Source of the DNA: Frankiaceae bacterium
GTDB lineage: Bacteria; Actinomycetota; Actinomycetes; BP-191
Reading direction: 5' to 3'
Length of the DNA: 64,000 nt
Assembly (NCBI GenBank): GCA_035556555.1
Contig: DATMES010000053.1
Span: 3,418-67,417, forward strand
This document shows, in pieces, positions 38,959 through 51,459 of this stretch (the first letter of the stretch is position 1; every line of letters starts with the position of its first letter). A program made the translations under genes and the position numbers. Below the pieces are notes generated by a model. The model ran no database searches, was not told where the DNA came from, and saw only the letters and a program-made list of their open reading frames with translations.

Positions 38959-39810
38959 ATGGACGCCCACGCCTCGTACGCCGTCTTCACCGCCCGCGCG
39001 GACGACCCGCCGCCGTCGCTGCTGCGCGACGCCGGCGTCCCCGCGCTCGACCCGAAGGCGTGGCGCCTGGCCGCGCGCCCCGTGCCGAAGGGCGACCCGC
39101 TGCTGGAGGTGCTGCGGACGCTGGCGTTCGAACGTGAGCCGCCGATCCCCAAGCGCGCGTACCCGACGCCGCACCTCTACAAGCAGGCCGTCACCGTCGA
39201 GCTGGACCGCGAGGACGCGCTGTACCCGGACGCCATCGCGTTCGCGACGGGCGCGGTCTCGGCGCTCGTCGCGTGGGGTGACGGGCCGGTCGTCGACCTC
39301 ACCGCGGAACGTGTCTGGACCGCCAGGGAGTGGACGAAGCACTTCGGCAAGCCGGGCAGGGCGAAGCCGTTCGACCCGAAGCGGCACGTCTCGATCCACG
39401 CGTCGTGGTCCGAGGACGGCCGTACGGTCACGCTCCACACGCACGGCATGGCGAAGTGGGCGCACGCGGAGCTGGTCGCGCTCGACGTCCCCGACAGCGG
39501 GCACCGCGCGGCTGGGCAGCTGCTGGGTCATCTGGCGGGCGTCCGCGCGACGACGCTGGAGCCGCTGGAGCCGGGGCACACGTTCGACCCGGGGTTCGGG
39601 CAGCCGATGGTGGCGTTCGTCCCGCTCGAGGGCGGTCACGAGGTCTTGGAGCACCTCGGCGCGCCGCCGAGCGTCGTCGTGGACTACGACGTCACCACCG
39701 ACGAGGCGATGGACGGCCTGTACGCCCTCCTGGCGCACGCCAAGGCACTCGACGCCCCCGCCCCCGCGGAACGACGCCGCCGCCCGATGGCGGCGTACCG
39801 ACCGGTCTAG
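38959..39810 (+). CDS. hypothetical protein
   Basis: In-frame ATG 38959, 283 aa, with high GC3 and protein-like composition. I cannot name any motif with confidence. Confidence 0.6.
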   Translation: MDAHASYAVFTARADDPPPSLLRDAGVPALDPKAWRLAARPVPKGDPLLEVLRTLAFEREPPIPKRAYPTPHLYKQAVTVELDREDALYPDAIAFATGAVSALVAWGDGPVVDLTAERVWTAREWTKHFGKPGRAKPFDPKRHVSIHASWSEDGRTVTLHTHGMAKWAHAELVALDVPDSGHRAAGQLLGHLAGVRATTLEPLEPGHTFDPGFGQPMVAFVPLEGGHEVLEHLGAPPSVVVDYDVTTDEAMDGLYALLAHAKALDAPAPAERRRRPMAAYRPV

Positions 39811-40694
39811 CGGCCGCGCTCGAGGTCGCGGCGGGCCTGGACGGTGACACGAGCCAGCTTGGCCGGGTCGCGCTGCGTGTACCCGAACACGATGCCGTCG
39901 GAGACCTTCGTGGCCCACGTGCAGACAGAGCCGTGCGTCTCGCCGGCGTCATAGCGCGCGCAGAGGACGTTGCCCGCGTACATCCGCCGGGGCCCGTACC
40001 GCGTCGTGCCGAGCTGGCCGAGGTAGAAGTCGAAGATCCGCCTGGCGTCTCCCTGGGACAGCTCACCGCCGATGAGCAGGTAGGTCGGGTACTCGCCACT
40101 GCCGTAGTCCTCGATCTCGGAGTGGCGGCCGTTGTTCGGCAGGATCTTGCGGATCGAGCGCGCCAGGGCGTGCGTGTAGAAGCCGCCCATCCGCGGCTCG
40201 CCGCCGACGCTCGGCGGCGCGTTGAGGTCCTCGAGCTGCGGCGCGAGGCTCGGCGGCGCGGCCTTGACCTGCGCCACGGCCGGCGCCTTGTCGTCGTCGC
40301 GGTTGGCGATGCGCTGGGCGACGCCGAGCGCGGCGATGAGCCCGAGCAGCACGCCGAGGATCGTCAGCTCGCGGCGGATGCCGCTGCGCGTCTTCACCTC
40401 CGGCACGGGTGCCGGCATCGGCTGCGGCATGGCGTAGCCCGGCGGGACGTACGCCATCGGCATCGTCTGCACCGGCGCCGAGTACTGCGGCTCCTGCGGG
40501 GCGTACGACGGCTGGTACGGCGGCGCGGTCGCGTAGACAGGGGGAGCGGCGTACTCCGACACCGGGGGCGTCGGCGGCGGGGCGGGCGGCGGCGTGCTCT
40601 CGTCGGGCACGTACGCCGACGGCGCCGGTGGCGGCGCCCCGAAGTCGAACCCCACGACGCGTGGCGCGTCGTCGCCGCGGCCGAACCGGCCCAT
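39807..40694 (-). CDS. Pro-rich single-pass membrane protein
   Basis: 295 aa. A Pro/Tyr-rich N-terminal 100 aa is followed by a TM helix (LTILGVLLGLIAALGVA) and an extracytoplasmic domain. Confidence 0.65.
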   Translation of the reverse strand: MGRFGRGDDAPRVVGFDFGAPPPAPSAYVPDESTPPPAPPPTPPVSEYAAPPVYATAPPYQPSYAPQEPQYSAPVQTMPMAYVPPGYAMPQPMPAPVPEVKTRSGIRRELTILGVLLGLIAALGVAQRIANRDDDKAPAVAQVKAAPPSLAPQLEDLNAPPSVGGEPRMGGFYTHALARSIRKILPNNGRHSEIEDYGSGEYPTYLLIGGELSQGDARRIFDFYLGQLGTTRYGPRRMYAGNVLCARYDAGETHGSVCTWATKVSDGIVFGYTQRDPAKLARVTVQARRDLERGR

Positions 40695-40786
40695 GCCGAA
40701 CCCCCTCTACGGCCCGGCACGCTGCGCGGACCCCCACAGGTGAATCGGCAGGAGAGCGGCGGCCTTGAGTCCGTAGACTCCCCGCC

Positions 40787-43377
<2,591 letters not shown>

Positions 43378-43381
<4 letters not shown>

Positions 43382-44700
43382 GCGACTTCGACCGCGTCGA
43401 ACGCGCCCTCGCCGACCGCGTCCCCGGCAAGGACGAGGTCACGGCGATGGTGCCCGACCTCGACCGGATCACGCTGCTCATGGACGTGCTGGGTCAGCCG
43501 CAGCGGTCGTACCCGTCGATCCACCTGACGGGCACCAACGGCAAGACGTCCACGACACGGATGGTCGACGCCCTGCTGCGGGGCTTCGGGCTGCGGCCTG
43601 GTCGGTACACGTCCCCCCATCTGTCGACGGTCCGCGAGCGCATCGCGGTCGACGGGGTGCCGCTGGACGAGGAGGCGTTCGCGCGCGCCTACGACGACGT
43701 GGCGCCGTACCTCCCGCTGGTGGACGAGAAGTCGGGGCGGCGGGTGACGTACTTCGAGACGCTGACGGCGATGGCGTTCGCGGCGTTCGCGGACGCGCCC
43801 GTGGACGTCGCGGTCGTCGAGGTCGGCATGGGCGGGCTGTGGGACGCGACGAACGTCGTCCACGCCGGCACCGCCGTCATCACGCCGGTCGGCCTCGACC
43901 ACCCCGAGCTCGGCTCGACGGTGGGGGAGGTGGCGGTCGAGAAGGCCGGCATCATCCATGCAGGCGCGAAGGTCGTCTCCGGCGTGCAGACGGTCGAGGC
44001 GGCCGAGGTCATCGTCCGGCGGGTCGCCGAGGTCGGCGCCGAGCTCGCCGTCGAGGGCATGCACTTCGGCGTCACGTCGCGCGCGGTCGCGCTCGGTGGG
44101 CAGCTCCTGACCATCGAGGGTCTCGGGGGGACGTACGAGGACGTGTTCGTGCCGCTGCACGGCGCGCACCAGGCGTCCAACGCGGCCTGCGCGCTGGCCG
44201 CGGTGGAGGCGTTCCTCGGGGGTGGTGCTCGCGCTCTCGATCTGGAGGGCGTACGGGCGGGCTTCGCGCTGGCGGACTCGCCGGGGCGGCTGGAGGTCGT
44301 ACGCCGCTCGCCGACCGTCGTCCTCGACGGCGCGCACAACCCTTCCGGCGTCGAGGCGCTGGTGGCGGCGCTGGACGAGGCGTTCGCGTTCGACCGGCTG
44401 GTCGGGGTCGTCGGCGTGCTGGCCGACAAGGACGCACGCGCGATGCTGACGCTGCTGGAGCCGGTGCTGCACGACGTCGTCGTGACGGCCGTCGCGTCGC
44501 CGCGCGCGCTGCCGGCGGACGAGCTGGCGCGGCTGGCGGTCGACGTGTTCGGCGCCGACCGTGTCGTCGTGGAGCCGTCGCTGCTCGACGCGATCGACGC
44601 CGCGGTGGGACTGGCCGACGAGGCCGGCGACGGCGCCGGCGTCGTGGTGACGGGCTCGCTCTACACCGTCGGCGCCGCCCGCACCCTCCTCGTCACCTGA
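43378..44700 (+). CDS. folC: bifunctional folylpolyglutamate synthase / dihydrofolate synthase
   Basis: The GTGA overlap joins it to valS. The P-loop [11 protein letters not shown] and the Mur-ligase pattern are present. Confidence 0.9.
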
Positions 44701-44741
44701 CCCCCCGGCTGCCGCCGCGCGCAGCGCCGTGCGGGGCGGAA

Positions 44742-44810
44742 GTTACTGGTGAGTAGCGACGTCGTCGTTCACCAGTTCCTGCTCGGCGCTTGTCGCTACT
44801 CACCAGTAAC
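44742..44810. terminator. 19-bp perfect inverted repeat in folC-ndk spacer
   Basis: The arms are gttactggtgagtagcgac / gtcgctactcaccagtaac with a 31-nt loop. It is relatively AT-rich for this genome. Confidence 0.5.
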
Positions 44811-44836
44811 CGCGGGACCAGCTAGAGTCCGGCCCC

Positions 44837-45244
44837 ATGTCTGAACGCACTCTTGTCCTGGTCAAGCCCGACGGCGTACGCCGCGGCCTCGTCGGCGAGG
44901 TGGTGACGCGCCTGGAGCGCAAGGGCCTCACGCTCGTCGCGCTCGAGCTGCGTACGCTCGCCCGCGAGACCGCCGAGGAGCACTACGGCGAGCACCGCGA
45001 GCGGCCGTTCTTCGGCGAGCTCGTCGAGTTCATCACCGGCGGTCCGCTGGTGGCGCTGGTCGTCGAGGGGCCGCGCGCGGTCGAGGCAGTCCGCACGCTC
45101 ATGGGTGTCACCGACCCCGTGAAGTCGGCGCCGGGCAGCCTGCGCGGCGACTACGCGCTCGAGATCGGCCAGAACCTCGTCCACGGCTCGGACTCGCCCG
45201 AGTCGGCCCAGCGCGAGATCGGGATCTTCTTCCCGAGCCTCTAG
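44837..45244 (+). CDS. ndk: nucleoside-diphosphate kinase
   Basis: 135 aa with [10 protein letters not shown]...NLVHGSDS (active-site His). Confidence 0.95.
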   Translation: MSERTLVLVKPDGVRRGLVGEVVTRLERKGLTLVALELRTLARETAEEHYGEHRERPFFGELVEFITGGPLVALVVEGPRAVEAVRTLMGVTDPVKSAPGSLRGDYALEIGQNLVHGSDSPESAQREIGIFFPSL

Positions 45245-46347
45245 GCGAAGAACCCGGCCAGGTCGATCGACATCTTGGTCGTGCCGGACGAGTTGTAGAC
45301 CGAGAACTTGTTGCCCGCGCCGAGCTGGACGATCGCGAAGCCGGTCCAGCGGTACTGCGGGTTGACCGCGAGGTGCGCGACGCCGGGCCGCGCGGCGCCG
45401 TACGGGTACACGGTCACCGAGCCGCTGCCGGTGGACGTGGCGGTGATGTTCAGCGCGACGGCCGTGACGCCCGCGGGGACGCCGGTGGCGGTGACGTCCT
45501 TCTTCTGCGCGGCGGCGTACGAGCCGGTCGTCGTGCCCGAGGAGACGAGGCGCTTGACGAGCGGGTTGAAGCCCGGACGGACCCAGGTGCCCGGGCTGCC
45601 GCCGGTGAGGCAGACCCAGACGGTGCCGTTGACGTCGACCATGACCTCGCCGCGCGCGTGGCTGCCGCCCAGGGGCGGCCCGTCGCTGCCGTGCGGCTCC
45701 AGCTTCAACGGTGCCTTCGCGCCGGTCAGCCACGCGCCGTAGCCGCCGTTGCTGTAGCCGGTGATCGCGTCGCCGGTGTTGCTGTACGCGCTCAGGCCGC
45801 GGCCGCCGGCGGCGTCGGTGGCGTGCACGCCGATCCCGTTGGTGGACTCGCCGCGCACGCCGTTGTAGCCGGTGCCCACGACGCCGGTGCCGATGCTGGA
45901 CCAGCCCGAGATGCACGCCGCCTGGCTGCTGGAGTTGAGGACGGCGGCGTCGATGACGTTGCCGTAGCCGTTGTGCCGGGCCCAGAACACCGGGTTGGTC
46001 GACGTGGTGTGCGTGATGTCGGCGCCGAGGCAGATGCCGGTGCCCTGCTGCCACACGTCGAGCGTGGTGCCGGTGTTCGACGACTTGAGGGTCGTCTGGT
46101 CGGCGCCGGCGTCGTTGGTCTCGCCGAAGCGCATGTAGCCGGCGGTGGCCTCCGCGGGCGCGGCGCCGAGCATCGACAGCCCGGCCCCCGCTACGGCGGC
46201 GCCGGCCAGCTTGCCGAGGAGGCCGCGGCGGCTCACCGCCTCGTCCTCGTCCTCGGCGGGCGCCGCAACGCCGTTCCTGCCGGCCAGCGCGCTGACCTGG
46301 GCACGCAGCGCGGCGATCTCCGCGCGCAACTCCTCGTAGTCGCTCAT
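45241..46347 (-). CDS. Tat-signal secreted Gly/Thr/Ser-rich (beta-helix / tail-fibre-like) protein
   Basis: 368 aa. An acidic helical N-terminal 37 aa is followed by [18 protein letters not shown] (twin-arginine motif) and a repetitive G-x-G rich body. The C-terminal domain ends in DLAGFFA. Confidence 0.7.
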   Translation of the reverse strand: MSDYEELRAEIAALRAQVSALAGRNGVAAPAEDEDEAVSRRGLLGKLAGAAVAGAGLSMLGAAPAEATAGYMRFGETNDAGADQTTLKSSNTGTTLDVWQQGTGICLGADITHTTSTNPVFWARHNGYGNVIDAAVLNSSSQAACISGWSSIGTGVVGTGYNGVRGESTNGIGVHATDAAGGRGLSAYSNTGDAITGYSNGGYGAWLTGAKAPLKLEPHGSDGPPLGGSHARGEVMVDVNGTVWVCLTGGSPGTWVRPGFNPLVKRLVSSGTTTGSYAAAQKKDVTATGVPAGVTAVALNITATSTGSGSVTVYPYGAARPGVAHLAVNPQYRWTGFAIVQLGAGNKFSVYNSSGTTKMSIDLAGFFA

Positions 46348-46466
46348 GCGTGCGACGTTACGACTCGAAGACCCGGCTTGTCCGCATTACCGGTAAGTCG
46401 ACAGCCTCGGTTACGATCCCCGGGTCGGCGCTCGCCGCGTTCCCCCTGGAAGGTCCTTTTTTCTCC

Positions 46467-47501
46467 ATGGCAGCCAGCAGCTTGTCGTTCCTCGGTCGAG
46501 ACATGGCCGTCGACCTCGGCACCGCGAACACCCTCGTCTACGTCCGCGGCCGCGGCATCGTCCTCAACGAGCCGTCCGTCGTCGCGATCAACACGAACAA
46601 CAAGGGCATCCTCGCCGTCGGTACCGAGGCGAAGCGGATGATCGGCCGTACGCCTGGCAACATCGTGGCGATCCGGCCCCTCAAGGACGGCGTCATCGCC
46701 GACTTCGAGACGACCGAGCGGATGCTGCGCTACTTCATCCAGAAGGTGCACCGCAGGCGCCACTTCGCCAAGCCGCGGGTCGTCGTCTGCGTGCCGTCGG
46801 GCATCACCGGTGTGGAGCAGCGGGCCGTCGAGCAGGCCGGCTACCAGGCGGGCGCGCGCAAGGTCTACATCATCGAGGAGCCGATGGCCGCCGCGATCGG
46901 CGCCGGGCTCCCCGTGCACGAGCCCACCGGCAACATGGTCGTCGACATCGGCGGCGGCACCACCGAGGTCGCGGTCATCTCCCTCGGCGGCATCGTGACC
47001 AGCCAGTCGATCCGCGTCGGCGGCGACGAGCTGGACTCCTCGATCATCAGCTACGTGAAGAAGGAGTACTCGCTCATGCTGGGCGAGCGCACCGCGGAAG
47101 AGATCAAGATGGCGATCGGCTCGGCGTTCCCCGCGCCGGACGAGCCGCACGCGGAGATCCGCGGCCGCGACCTCGTCTCCGGCCTGCCGAAGACGATCGT
47201 CGTCAGCGCCGAGGAGATCCGCAAGGCCATCGAGGAGCCGGTCAACGCCATCGTCGACGCCGTCAAGACGACGCTCGACAAGTGCCCGCCGGAGCTCTCC
47301 GGCGACGTCATGGACCGCGGCATCGTGCTCACCGGCGGCGGCGCGCTGCTCAAGGGCCTCGACGAGCGGCTGAAGCACGAGACCGGCATGCCGATCCACA
47401 TCACCGACAACCCCCTCCACTCGGTGGCCATGGGGTCCGGCAAGTGCGTCGAGGAGTTCGAGGCGCTGCGCCAGGTCCTGATCTCCTCGCCGCGCCACTA
47501 G
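46467..47501 (+). CDS. mreB: rod shape-determining protein MreB
   Basis: In-frame ATG 46467. The sequence shows [12 protein letters not shown] and the actin-like ATPase pattern. Confidence 0.95.
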   Translation: MAASSLSFLGRDMAVDLGTANTLVYVRGRGIVLNEPSVVAINTNNKGILAVGTEAKRMIGRTPGNIVAIRPLKDGVIADFETTERMLRYFIQKVHRRRHFAKPRVVVCVPSGITGVEQRAVEQAGYQAGARKVYIIEEPMAAAIGAGLPVHEPTGNMVVDIGGGTTEVAVISLGGIVTSQSIRVGGDELDSSIISYVKKEYSLMLGERTAEEIKMAIGSAFPAPDEPHAEIRGRDLVSGLPKTIVVSAEEIRKAIEEPVNAIVDAVKTTLDKCPPELSGDVMDRGIVLTGGGALLKGLDERLKHETGMPIHITDNPLHSVAMGSGKCVEEFEALRQVLISSPRH

Positions 47502-47665
47502 TCGCCGTGCGTCCTGGCCCATGGCCGTCGCGAGCGGCGGTCAGGGCGGTGGATCGCAAGGCGAAGGAGGAGCCGGCAGTGGTGCTGCCGGCGACGACGA
47601 CAACGCGGCGAGGCGCCGCGCTGGGCGTCGCGCAGCAGGCCGGTGGGTCAGGAGGTACGGCGTAG

Positions 47666-48694
47666 ATGTATCGGGACTCGCGCCGTACGCGGGTCGTCCT
47701 CGCCCTGCTCATCCTCACGTCGTTCACGCTCATCACGATCGACTACCGGGCAGGGGACGGCACCGCGCTGCGCGGGCTGCGTTCCGCGGCGGCGACGGTC
47801 TTCGGGCCCGTGCAGCGGGCGGTGACGGGGGTCGTACGCCCCATCGGCAACGCCCTCGCGACCCTCGGCGACCTCGGCGGCCTCAACGACGAGGTCAAGG
47901 ACCTCCAGGCGGAGAACGCCGACCTCAAGAACCAGCTGCACCAGGTCGACGACCTGCGCCGCGAGAACGACGAGCTGCGCCGCCTCAACGGCCTCACCAC
48001 CCGCGGCGGCTACAAGACCGTCCGCTGCCGCGTGGTCGCCGTCGGCGCCGACAACTTCGAGTGGACCGCGACCGTCGACTGCGGCTCGCGCGACGGCATC
48101 AAGAACGACCAGACCGTCGTCAACGCCGACGGGCTCGTGGGGAAGGTCATCGAGGTGGCGCCGTTCACGGCGCAGGTGCTGCTCGCGGCGGACCCGGAGT
48201 TCACGGTCGTCGGCCGGCTCGCCGCGCACGGCACCAGCGGCCCGGTCACCGGCAACGGCGTCAAGCCGATGGAGATGCAGCTCCTCGAACCGACCGCGAA
48301 GGTCACCAAGGGCGAGGCGATCGTCAGCCAGGGCGTCCAGGGCGGCATCGTCGCCGGCGTGCCGATCGGCGTCGTGGAGAGCGTGAGCAGGGAGCGTTCG
48401 GTGCTCACGCGGACGGTGACGGTGAAGCCGTTCGTGCGCTTCACGGCGCTCGACGTCGTCGCGGTGGTCGTGCAGCCGCCGCGCAAGGACCCGCGCAACG
48501 CCGTCCTCCTCACCGCCCCGCCGTCGCCCACCCCTACGCCGTCGCCGACGCCGCCGGCCTGCCCGACCGCGACCCCGTCGCCGTCGCCGTCGCCGACCCC
48601 GAGCGGTACGCCGTGCGTCATGCCGAGCGCGAGCCCGTCGCCGAGCACGCCGCCGCGCACGTTCGGCCCCCCGTCCCCGTCGAGGACCCCGTGA
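47666..48694 (+). CDS. mreC: rod shape-determining protein MreC (with Pro/Ser/Thr-rich C-terminal tail)
   Basis: An N-terminal TM is followed by a coiled coil (LQAENADLKNQL), the MreC beta domain and a PSPTPTPSPTP tail. Confidence 0.9.
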   Translation: MYRDSRRTRVVLALLILTSFTLITIDYRAGDGTALRGLRSAAATVFGPVQRAVTGVVRPIGNALATLGDLGGLNDEVKDLQAENADLKNQLHQVDDLRRENDELRRLNGLTTRGGYKTVRCRVVAVGADNFEWTATVDCGSRDGIKNDQTVVNADGLVGKVIEVAPFTAQVLLAADPEFTVVGRLAAHGTSGPVTGNGVKPMEMQLLEPTAKVTKGEAIVSQGVQGGIVAGVPIGVVESVSRERSVLTRTVTVKPFVRFTALDVVAVVVQPPRKDPRNAVLLTAPPSPTPTPSPTPPACPTATPSPSPSPTPSGTPCVMPSASPSPSTPPRTFGPPSPSRTP

Positions 48695-48705
48695 CCCCGC
48701 CACGT

Positions 48706-48762
48706 ACGCAACCGGGTTGCGCCCCGTGCGGGGAGAAGACGCAAAACGCAACCGGGTTGCGC
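48706..48762 (-). repeat. interspersed repeat family 1, truncated inverted copy 3 (mreC-mreD spacer)
   Basis: The sequence cgcaaccgggttgcgccccgtgcggggagaagacgcaaaacgcaaccgggttgcg is the reverse complement of the family 1 core, with a second gcaaccgggttgc unit. Confidence 0.55.
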
Positions 48763-48781
48763 AATGGTCGGGGGGCGGCGC

Positions 48782-49279
48782 ATGCCCGCTAACCGGGTGG
48801 CGGTGCTGGTGCTGAGCCTGTTCACCGCTCTGCTGCTGCAGGTCACGGTCGTCGCGCGGCTGTCGTTCCTCGGCGCCAAGCCGGACCTCGTGCTGGTCAC
48901 GGTCGTCTGCTTCGCGCTCGCCGACGGCCCCGGCGCGGGCATGGGCGCGGGCTTCGGGATCGGGCTGGTCGAGGACCTGCTCGGCAGCCACACGCTCGGC
49001 CTGCTCGCGCTCATCCTCTGCGTCGTCGGCTACGCCTCCGGCGTCATCCGCTCCTACTTCGACCGGCTCTCGACGTTCACCCCGATGCTCGTCGTGGGCG
49101 CCATGACGGCGGTGGCGGTGATGGCGTACGCCGGCATCGGCGCGCTGGTCGGCGACCCGCGGATCGACGAGGACCCCGTCGTACGGTCGCTGCTCTTGAC
49201 GTCCTTCTACGATGTGGTGCTGACACCGTTCGTGTTCGCCGCCGTCACGGCGTTGCGTGGAGGCCCCGCCACCTCATGA
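48782..49279 (+). CDS. mreD: rod shape-determining protein MreD
   Basis: This polytopic small membrane protein follows mreC. The ATG at 48782 is preferred over 48764, which lies at the repeat edge. The stop overlaps the PBP2 start (ATGA). Confidence 0.8.
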   Translation: MPANRVAVLVLSLFTALLLQVTVVARLSFLGAKPDLVLVTVVCFALADGPGAGMGAGFGIGLVEDLLGSHTLGLLALILCVVGYASGVIRSYFDRLSTFTPMLVVGAMTAVAVMAYAGIGALVGDPRIDEDPVVRSLLLTSFYDVVLTPFVFAAVTALRGGPATS

Positions 49280-51459
49280 GCCACCGTTCCCGCCTCCGCC
49301 TCGCGGTGCTGCAGCTGCTGGTGCTGAGCCTGTTCGGGACGCTGTTCGCGCGGCTCTGGTACCTCCAGGTCATGGCGGGCGAGCAGTACGAGACCATCGC
49401 CGCCAACAACGGCCGCGGCACGATCGCCGAGCGCGCCACGCGCGGCCGGATCCTCGACGACATGGGCCGCCCGCTCGTCACCAACCGCACCAGCCTCGTC
49501 GTCAGCGCGAGCTACGCGGAGCTGCTCAAGCAGGAGGACGGCGGCCTCGCGGTCCTCAAGCGGCTCTCCAAGCTGATCAAGGTGCCGGTCACGCAGCTCA
49601 AGCACGAGGTCGAGCCCTGCCCGTCCACGAAGGAGCGGCGCGAGAAGGGCATCACGGTCTGCAACAACGGCTCCCCGCTCCAGCCGGTGCCGGTCGCGCA
49701 GGACGTGCCGCCGGAGGTCGCGTACAAGATCATGGAGCACCGCGAGGACTTCCCCGGGATCGAGGCGAAGGCGGTCGCGGTCCGCTCGTACCCGCACAAG
49801 GACCTCGCCTCGCACGTCTTCGGCTACCTCGGCCGCATCAACGCCGACGAGATCGGCAAGGGCAAGTACAAGAAGGGGTACGACCCCAGCGACCTCGTCG
49901 GCCGGGGCGGCGTCGAGGAGGTGTACGACCGCGACCTCAAGGGCGTGGCCGGCCTCCAGACGGTCGCGGTCAACAGCAAGGGCCGCGTCACCGGCGTCCT
50001 CGACACCCGCGAGCCCGTGCCCGGCAACGACCTCGTCCTCTCGCTCGACCTCGTCGTGCAGCGCTCCGCGGAGAAGGCGCTCGACGACTGGATGGCGTTC
50101 GCGCGCAGGACCCCCGACAAGAACGGCGTCCGCAAGGCCCCCAGCGGCGCCGCGGTCGTGGTCGACGTGAAGACCGGGCGGCTCGTCGCGCTGGCGAGCA
50201 GCCCGACGTTCGACCCGGCGCGGTTCCAGACGCGGATCCCGCAGAAGGAGTTCACGCGCCTGTTCGGCGAGAAGGCGAACGACCCGCTGGTCTCGCGCGC
50301 GGTGCAGGGCCTGTTCGCGCCGGGCTCGACGTTCAAGCTGGTGTCGACGGCGGCGGCGGTCGAGGCGGGCAACGCGCCGCTCGGCGGCATCTTCAACTGC
50401 CCCGGCGCGCTGAAGGTCGGCAACTCGTCGAAGAGCAACTTCGAGGGCCGCGGCGAGGGACCGATCAGCCTCTACACGACGCTGGTGAAGTCGTGCGACA
50501 CGGTCTACTACCAGTTCGCGATGGACCAGTGGTACGCCGACCAGGCGCTCATCGAGCAGGACAAGAAGCCGCGCGAGGTCCTCCAGAAGATGGCGCGCGA
50601 CTTCGGGTTCGGCACCCCGACCGGGCTCGACCTCCCGGACGAGCGCGGCGGGCTGATCCGCGACCGCGCGTCGATCCGCAAGTCGTGGGAGACCAACAAG
50701 GACTACTACTGCAAGCTCATGACCAACCCGACGCAGACGCCGTACCAGCAGGCGATCGCGCGGGAGAACTGCGAGGAGGGCTGGCGTTACCGCCTCGGCT
50801 CCGCCGCCAACGACTACGTCGGCCAGGGCGACGTCCTCGTCACGCCGCTGCAGATGGCGATGGCGTACGCCGCCCTCGCCAACGGCGGCACCCTCTACTC
50901 GCCGCGCGTCGCGAAGGCGGTCGTCGGCCCCGACGGCAAGGTCGTCCGCGAGATCAAGCCGAAGGTCGTCCGCGAGCTGACCAAGGGCCCCAACCCGACC
51001 GTGCAGCCGCGCACGCTCGACTACATCCGCAACTCCCTCGCCGCCGTGCCGACGGAGGGCACGGCGCGGGGGGCGTTCCTCGGGTACCCGTACGGCAGCG
51101 TCCCGATCGGCGGCAAGACCGGCACCGCCGAGGTCCAGGGGAAGCACGACACGTCGTGGTTCGCGTCGTTCGGGCCGGTAGGCGACCCGCGGTACGCCGT
51201 CGTCGTCATGGTCGAGCAGGCCGGCACCGGTGGCAGCGTCGCGGCGCCCGCCGTACGCCAGATCTGGGACGGCATCTACGGGCTCGAGGGCCACAAGGCG
51301 GCGTACTCCGGGGGCCTGCCGCCGAACGGCCTCCCGCGCTTCGCCGCCGACGGCACGATCCGCAAGCCGCGGCTGCCGGCGCGCACGCGCCCGTCCTCGC
51401 CGCCGGACACCCGCGCGCTGCCGGCCCAGACCGACCGCAGGCGGGGGTCGTACGCGTGA
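49276..51459 (+). CDS. mrdA: penicillin-binding protein 2 (class B transpeptidase)
   Basis: 727 aa with an N-terminal TM, STFK (PGSTFKL) and KTG (GGKTGTA) motifs. Confidence 0.93.
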   Translation: MSHRSRLRLAVLQLLVLSLFGTLFARLWYLQVMAGEQYETIAANNGRGTIAERATRGRILDDMGRPLVTNRTSLVVSASYAELLKQEDGGLAVLKRLSKLIKVPVTQLKHEVEPCPSTKERREKGITVCNNGSPLQPVPVAQDVPPEVAYKIMEHREDFPGIEAKAVAVRSYPHKDLASHVFGYLGRINADEIGKGKYKKGYDPSDLVGRGGVEEVYDRDLKGVAGLQTVAVNSKGRVTGVLDTREPVPGNDLVLSLDLVVQRSAEKALDDWMAFARRTPDKNGVRKAPSGAAVVVDVKTGRLVALASSPTFDPARFQTRIPQKEFTRLFGEKANDPLVSRAVQGLFAPGSTFKLVSTAAAVEAGNAPLGGIFNCPGALKVGNSSKSNFEGRGEGPISLYTTLVKSCDTVYYQFAMDQWYADQALIEQDKKPREVLQKMARDFGFGTPTGLDLPDERGGLIRDRASIRKSWETNKDYYCKLMTNPTQTPYQQAIARENCEEGWRYRLGSAANDYVGQGDVLVTPLQMAMAYAALANGGTLYSPRVAKAVVGPDGKVVREIKPKVVRELTKGPNPTVQPRTLDYIRNSLAAVPTEGTARGAFLGYPYGSVPIGGKTGTAEVQGKHDTSWFASFGPVGDPRYAVVVMVEQAGTGGSVAAPAVRQIWDGIYGLEGHKAAYSGGLPPNGLPRFAADGTIRKPRLPARTRPSSPPDTRALPAQTDRRRGSYA

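Noticed and set aside
48480-48694. Repetitive ccgtcgccg / acgccg units
   Set aside because: This is the coding low-complexity Pro/Ser/Thr tail of MreC. The units have no spacer-repeat architecture.
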